Shown here one piece after another: positions 62,013-64,000 of a stretch of DNA of 64,000 nt (the first letter of the stretch is position 1; each line of letters opens with the position of its first letter). Origin of the DNA: Mytilus trossulus (lineage: Eukaryota); NCBI RefSeq assembly GCF_036588685.1, contig NC_086382.1, forward strand, positions 45,818,001 through 45,882,000. Reading direction: 5' to 3'. Under the pieces are notes generated by a model. It ran no database searches and had not been told where the DNA came from. It saw only the letters and a program-made list of their open reading frames with translations. A program made the position numbers and the translations under genes.

Positions 62013-62950
62013 ATTGTTCCTTATAAACTACGACATTTCTCACAAGTATCAATTTATTATTTAGTTCCACACATACAAAAGAAATAATCTTCGCCGATGT
62101 AACATTTCAATTTATTACAACACCATGCCTTCACTGAATTCATTCAGATGCACAAATGATACGATCAAAGTTATTTTGTTTGTATCATTGGGGGACAATT
62201 TCCTCCCTCCGTTTATAGCTACTGTGTGTATGTTTTATAGCGTGAAAATAATAAAAGAGGAATGTCAGTGCAACCCATCATTAATTATTGTAATGGATCA
62301 GTATTATGAGATACTTATAATAAGTGACTACGACATTGTAAGAATTATAACCTATCGTCAGTATGAAAGAAATTAAAAGTGGTTCATATATTCATCCGTA
62401 TAAAAGCGGCACATGTATTTTATTTTATTTCTCATCATGCCGGGTACAAGATAATTGAGTTGCTGCATGCATAAAGAACTTAGAATATTACTTAATACAA
62501 AATATCAGTATATTATTTCGACCCCACTATTTGAATTTAACAACACATTTATTTAATTCTTTTGACCAAAGGTTTGTAAACTATACAAATCATTGTTTTT
62601 ACGTTCGTAGTAACATAGTAAATTCCATTGTCGGTCACCTCTGTCAATTCACGTGCACACTGACTACATTGCTGTTGTATTTGAATCTTTCGGCCAATGA
62701 AATGAGACGTTACAAGTTGTTTGTTTATGATACGCCAGGATGTTATCAATGAACTATCAAACGCTCAACTTCACTGCATATCACTGTATTTTAGGTATTT
62801 TTAACATATACCTATTCAACGATTTAAGGTACTTATACATCTTCGGATTTCAAATGTTTGGCTTTGAGCGTTCCTGATTAAGGTAAATCCAGAAAAGCAC
62901 TTCGGACGCAATAAATTATTAAACGTGTTGTTTTATATTTTTTGATACGG

Positions 62951-62990
62951 TAGACGCGCGTTTCGTCTACATAAGACTCATCAGTGACGC
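62951..62990 (-). ncRNA. Type I hammerhead ribozyme core, family A variant (unit continues to ~63100)
   Basis: agacgcgcgtttcgtctacataagactcatcagtgacgc. Confidence 0.7.
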
Positions 62991-63134
62991 TCAGATCAAA
63001 ATAGTTAGAGAGCCATAAAAGTATAAATTGAAGAGCATTGAGGGCCTAAAATTCTTAAAAGCTGTGCCAAAAACGGCTATGGTTATCTATGCCAAGGATA
63101 ATAGATAGATTTATTCCCCAATAAAGAGTATTTT

Positions 63135-63543
63135 ACTGTTTTATTAATATTTCTATATTATTTTCAATTTTTCTGCAATTTTTTGTTCCAGGGTATATTG
63201 CACTGGAAATTATCGTTCTATTGCACCTGTGTGCAGTCTATTGCACTGACCTGTTATGACCTCTCATTCTGAAATCTGATTAGTTGAAAGGTATTCATGT
63301 TGTCCAATCAAACTGGGTCTTGTAATACAGTTGTTACTTTCCTGTGTTTTATTTCTAAGAATTTGTTAGAACTGACTCAGTATGTATTAGGTAATAAAAC
63401 AGTTATTGAATGTGTAACAGTGCAATAGATCAAAATACATTTCCCTCGGTATGAAGATCAGCTCATTGTTCTATTGCCCTCAGTCGTTGGCTTCGGACAA
63501 TACTTTGATCTATTGCATAGTTACATATTAAATAACTGTATAA
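63135..63543. repeat. Short element with a ~140-bp terminal hairpin (possible non-autonomous Crypton)
   Basis: acagttattgaatgtgtaacagtgcaatagatcaaa ... tttgatctattgcatagttacatattaaataactgt at 63399-63539. Confidence 0.5.
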
Positions 63544-63548
63544 TGTTA

Positions 63549-63642
63549 ACCTCAAAGAGGAGAATTAGTCGTAATAAATGGAGCAGCTAGTACTAAATTA
63601 TTTTAATCGGACAGACTGCTAAGATTAATGTATTTATGTAGG
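63549..63642 (+). pseudogene. Degenerate partial duplicate of PTGR1 exon 5
   Basis: aacctcaaagaggagaattagtcgtaataaatggagcagc...tcggacagactgctaagattaatgtatttatgtagg matches 59860-59955, with the GAAGAIG motif lost. Confidence 0.8.
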
Positions 63643-64000
63643 AGTATTTTTAAAGAGCTGTAAACCAATCAAATGTCGTAAAAGTTTAGTATAACAAACT
63701 TGTAAAACAAATGTATAAGCATCTCATAAAACATTAATCGTTTTGTTTACAAAAGTACTGTTACATCCGTGTATAAACAATTTTGCATTATAAAAAACGT
63801 TTCGGTTGAAATAGGATAAAATATATTCGAAATAATTTTTGTCCGTTACATTTCGTTGCTTGAAAGCTTTTTGTAGCAAAATATGTTAAAGGATTGATTT
63901 GTTTTTTAAAGTATCATTATGATAGTCTGTTGCAAAACAATAACAACTTTATATTTGAGTTAATATCTTTCAATGATGATAAATAATTCTAACTATATAG

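Larger units (their letters stand above)
60041..62943 (+). mobile_element. Retrozyme-like tandem repeat, family B (351-bp unit, two units; unit 2 split by a ~2.2-kb insertion at ~60607-62786)
   Basis: attattaaacgtgttgttttatattttt at 60041, 60392 and ~62915. Unit 2 stops at ...ggctttagatgaatt and resumes at tattttaggtattttt. Confidence 0.75.

Noticed and set aside
63190-63260. Next PTGR1 exon after ttccag|ggt
   Set aside because: Translation (GILHWKLS) does not match the expected GCKV-G-AGS motif, and it lies in a repeat.

Overview
AT-rich, intron-containing eukaryotic DNA. The repeat families look like those of a bivalve mollusc, probably a Mytilus-type mussel (inference, not searched). Host genes: two intact, tandem, 5-exon ribosomal protein eL42/RPL36A paralogues (10177-16168 and 19173-34002, 106 aa each) and the first five coding exons of a prostaglandin reductase 1 (PTGR1)-like gene (51652-59942, continuing past the window). 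The rest is dense, nested mobile DNA: the 3' part of a Gypsy-type LTR element with gag and protease but no RT/RNase H/integrase core; a Helentron-type non-autonomous element; a ~6 kb satellite built from tandem MITE-like units with a 331/337-bp dimeric higher-order repeat; an apparently intact 6.4-kb Kolobok transposon (TTAA TSD, 8-exon THAP-DDE transposase, convergent 3-exon KolX); two Penelope-like RT elements; Spy-type MITEs; and an intact Crypton tyrosine recombinase gene inside a CAC-terminal element with a 5-bp TSD. The signal the ORF track misses is RNA structure. There are many type-I hammerhead ribozymes, in two retrozyme-like tandem families (~370 and ~351 bp) within PTGR1 introns, plus an unusual hammerhead with a ~125-nt loop 2 directly behind the stop codon of a Penelope-like RT that has no C-terminal endonuclease. 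Coordinates were read by hand, so repeat boundaries are approximate.
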